The position numbers and the translations under genes were made by a program. A stretch of DNA of 64,000 bases from Vulcanimicrobiota bacterium (GTDB lineage: Bacteria; Vulcanimicrobiota; Vulcanimicrobiia; Vulcanimicrobiales; Vulcanimicrobiaceae): assembly GCA_963695225.1 (NCBI GenBank), contig OY968762.1, positions 2,144,001 through 2,208,000 of the forward strand. The letters are read 5' to 3'. Positions 61,980 through 64,000 of the stretch are shown here, piece after piece (within the stretch, counting starts at the first letter, position 1; each line of letters starts with the position of its first letter). Under the pieces are notes generated by a model. The model saw only the letters and a list, made by a program, of their open reading frames with translations, was not told the DNA's origin and ran no database searches.

Positions 61980-62870
61980 GTGCCGGTCAGCGAAGCCGGC
62001 GGTACCGGCCACGTCCCCGTCCTCCTCGCCGAGACGCTCGCCGGCCTCGCGCCCGTACCGGGCGGCCTCTATGTCGATGCGACGTTCGGCGCGGGCGGGC
62101 ACAGCCGCGCACTGCTCGCGCTGCTCGGCCCGCAGGGGCGCGTCCTCGCGCTCGACCGCGACCCGGCCGCACGGCTCCGCCCGGACGACGACCCGCGCCT
62201 CGAGCTCGTCGCGGCGAACTTCGCCGACCTCGCCGCGGTCCTCGACGCGCGCGGCATCGATCTCGTCGACGGGGTTCTCTTCGATTTCGGCGTCTCGTCG
62301 ATGCAGCTCGACGAGCCCGAGCGCGGCTTCTCGCTCGCTGCCGACGGGCCGCTCGATATGCGGATGAACCCCTCGACCGGCCCGAGCGCCCTCGAGCTCC
62401 TCGCGACGAGCGAGGAGCGGGAGCTCGCCGACCTCATCTACGCCTACGGCGAGGAGCGGGCCGCGCGCCGCATCGCCCGCGCGATCGTCGCCGCTCGCGA
62501 AGCCGGGAAGCTCCCCAAGCGCACGCTCGAGCTCGCCCGGCTCGTCGCCGGCGTCGTCCACGTCCGCGGGAAGCGCGAGCGGATCCATCCCGCGACCCGC
62601 ACGTTCCAGGCGCTCCGGATCGCCGTCAACGACGAACTCGGCGCGATCGAACGCGGCCTCGACGCCGCGATCGCACGCACGCGCCCCGGCGGACGCATCG
62701 CCGCGATCTCCTTCCATTCCCTCGAGGATCGCATCGTGAAATTGCGCTTTCGTACCGACGAGCGCGTCGTCGCGCTCGCGAAGAAGCCGCTCGTCGCCGG
62801 CGACGAGGAGCTCGCGCGGAATCCGCGCGCGCGCAGCGCGAAGCTGAGAATTGCGGAGCGTGTCGCATGA
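61980..62870 (+). CDS. rsmH: 16S rRNA C1402 N4-methyltransferase
   Basis: HVPVL, DATFGAGGHS, GVSSMQLD, PLDMRM, FQALRIAVN, SFHSLEDRIVK. Confidence 0.97.
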   Translation: MPVSEAGGTGHVPVLLAETLAGLAPVPGGLYVDATFGAGGHSRALLALLGPQGRVLALDRDPAARLRPDDDPRLELVAANFADLAAVLDARGIDLVDGVLFDFGVSSMQLDEPERGFSLAADGPLDMRMNPSTGPSALELLATSEERELADLIYAYGEERAARRIARAIVAAREAGKLPKRTLELARLVAGVVHVRGKRERIHPATRTFQALRIAVNDELGAIERGLDAAIARTRPGGRIAAISFHSLEDRIVKLRFRTDERVVALAKKPLVAGDEELARNPRARSAKLRIAERVA

Positions 62871-63295
62871 TCGCCCATCAACTCCCCGCGCAAGAACCGC
62901 GGCTTCGCATCGGGACCCGCGCCGGGCGCACCGCGAGCGAGCTGCGTCGCGTTCGAGTCCGGCGCAGCAAGTACGGCGTCGTCCTGCGCATCGCGACCGT
63001 CGCGATCCTCGTGACGATCTGCGTGATGGCATATCTGCTCCTCCTCGCGAACGTGACGAAGCTCCACTACCAGTCGCTGGGCGCCGAACACCAGCGGGCG
63101 AACCTTCAAGAAGAGACGCAGCGCCTCGACGACGAGATCGCGCGCCTTTCGTCGCGGGAACGGCTCGCGGCGCTCGCCGCGCACTTGGGCATGAAGGACG
63201 CGGCCACGTTCAGCGTCGTCCAGCTCGCCGCGCCGAAGGTCGCGCGCTCGGAACGGCTCCCGTTATTGTCTTCGATCGCCGGCTGGGGGCGCTAA
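62867..63295 (+). CDS. ftsL: Cell division protein FtsL-like
   Basis: Basic N-terminus, one TM, coiled coil ending LSS.ER...A..LGM; position between rsmH and a PBP. Confidence 0.8.
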   Translation: MIAHQLPAQEPRLRIGTRAGRTASELRRVRVRRSKYGVVLRIATVAILVTICVMAYLLLLANVTKLHYQSLGAEHQRANLQEETQRLDDEIARLSSRERLAALAAHLGMKDAATFSVVQLAAPKVARSERLPLLSSIAGWGR

Positions 63296-63296
63296 G

Positions 63297-64000
63297 TTGA
63301 CCGGAGGCCGACCAGCGCGCAATCACGCGCGCGTCGCCTCGATGCGCGCCCGGCTGCTCTTCTGGATCGCGACCGGGTGCGCGCTCTTTCTCGCGGGGCG
63401 TCTCGTTCAGATCCAAATCGTCCTTGGGCCGAAGCTCGCGCACCGGGCGGACTTGCAGCACTTCGAGAAGTCGCACGTGATCCCGCTGCGCGGCACGATC
63501 TACGATCGCGACGGCGTCGCGCTCGTCCGTTCCCTCCCTTCGCAGAGCGTGTACGCCGACGTTTCGGTAATCGGGAACAAAGGCGTGACCGCGCGAATGC
63601 TCGCGCCGCTCCTCGGACGCTCGAGCGACTCGATTCTCGAGCAACTCGAGACCGAGTCCGGCTACGCGCTCCTGGCGCGGAAAGTCTCGCGCGACGTCGC
63701 GCAGGGCGTGCGCACGTTGAACCTGACCGGCATCCACGTCGATCCGGAGTTCTCCGGCGTGCGCTACGTCGTCTCGGGGCGTCTCGCCTCGACGCTGATC
63801 GGGTTCACCGGCACGGACGAAAATGGGCTCGAGGGAATCGAATACGCCTACGATTCGATCCTGCGCGGGACGCCGGGGCAAATCGTCACCGAAACGGACA
63901 ACGACGGCCGCACGATGCCGTTCGGCGCGCCGCGCATCGTCGAGGCGCCGAAGCCCGGGCACGGCCTGCAGCTGACGATCGATTCGTTCCTGCAGTTCAC
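63297..64000 (+). CDS. ftsI: Class B penicillin-binding protein (FtsI/SpoVD-like), partial
   Basis: TM, RGTIYDRDG, GLEGIE..YD..L.G, LQLTID; runs off the window end; start 63297 or 63342. Confidence 0.85.
   Translation, partial: MTGGRPARNHARVASMRARLLFWIATGCALFLAGRLVQIQIVLGPKLAHRADLQHFEKSHVIPLRGTIYDRDGVALVRSLPSQSVYADVSVIGNKGVTARMLAPLLGRSSDSILEQLETESGYALLARKVSRDVAQGVRTLNLTGIHVDPEFSGVRYVVSGRLASTLIGFTGTDENGLEGIEYAYDSILRGTPGQIVTETDNDGRTMPFGAPRIVEAPKPGHGLQLTIDSFLQF

Overview
High-GC bacterial chromosomal window; gene content is suggestive of a soil Eremiobacterota/Terrabacteria-type organism (inference only). Layout: (1) 1-16.4 kb surface-glycan locus (SDR epimerase, GH3, two large GT-C-like membrane proteins, methyltransferase, GT4/GT2s with one frameshifted GT4, UDP-GlcA decarboxylase, ugd, flippase). 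(2) 16.9-21.7 kb divergent O-acylation operon (NHL-SGNH fusion, secreted protein, DltX-like peptide, DltD-like SGNH, MBOAT). (3) pnp with a long structured leader, GNAT, rpsO, and a divergent SUV3-like helicase. (4) MazF remnant, Rieske ferredoxin, AAA/DUF4143, fni, XRE, Cys-less PfpI, NAPRTase, polX-glgB-glgX-malQ and a convergent GNAT-GH63-GT4-ManC/PMM unit. (5) A metal-handling neighbourhood with small genes not properly called in the ORF track: a metallothionein-like peptide, a Ni/Co ECF importer with an upstream palindrome, a 58-aa His-rich peptide and an RHH-like gene. (6) Tandem Vgb-like propeller lipoproteins, GT87-like protein, MazG-like protein, hydrolase. (7) A Tn7-family-like transposon end with a frameshifted TnsE-like remnant abutting the promoter of the dcw cluster (mraZ-rsmH-ftsL-ftsI partial). 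No rRNA, tRNA or CRISPR array seen. All calls come from motif recognition by eye; no database searches were run.
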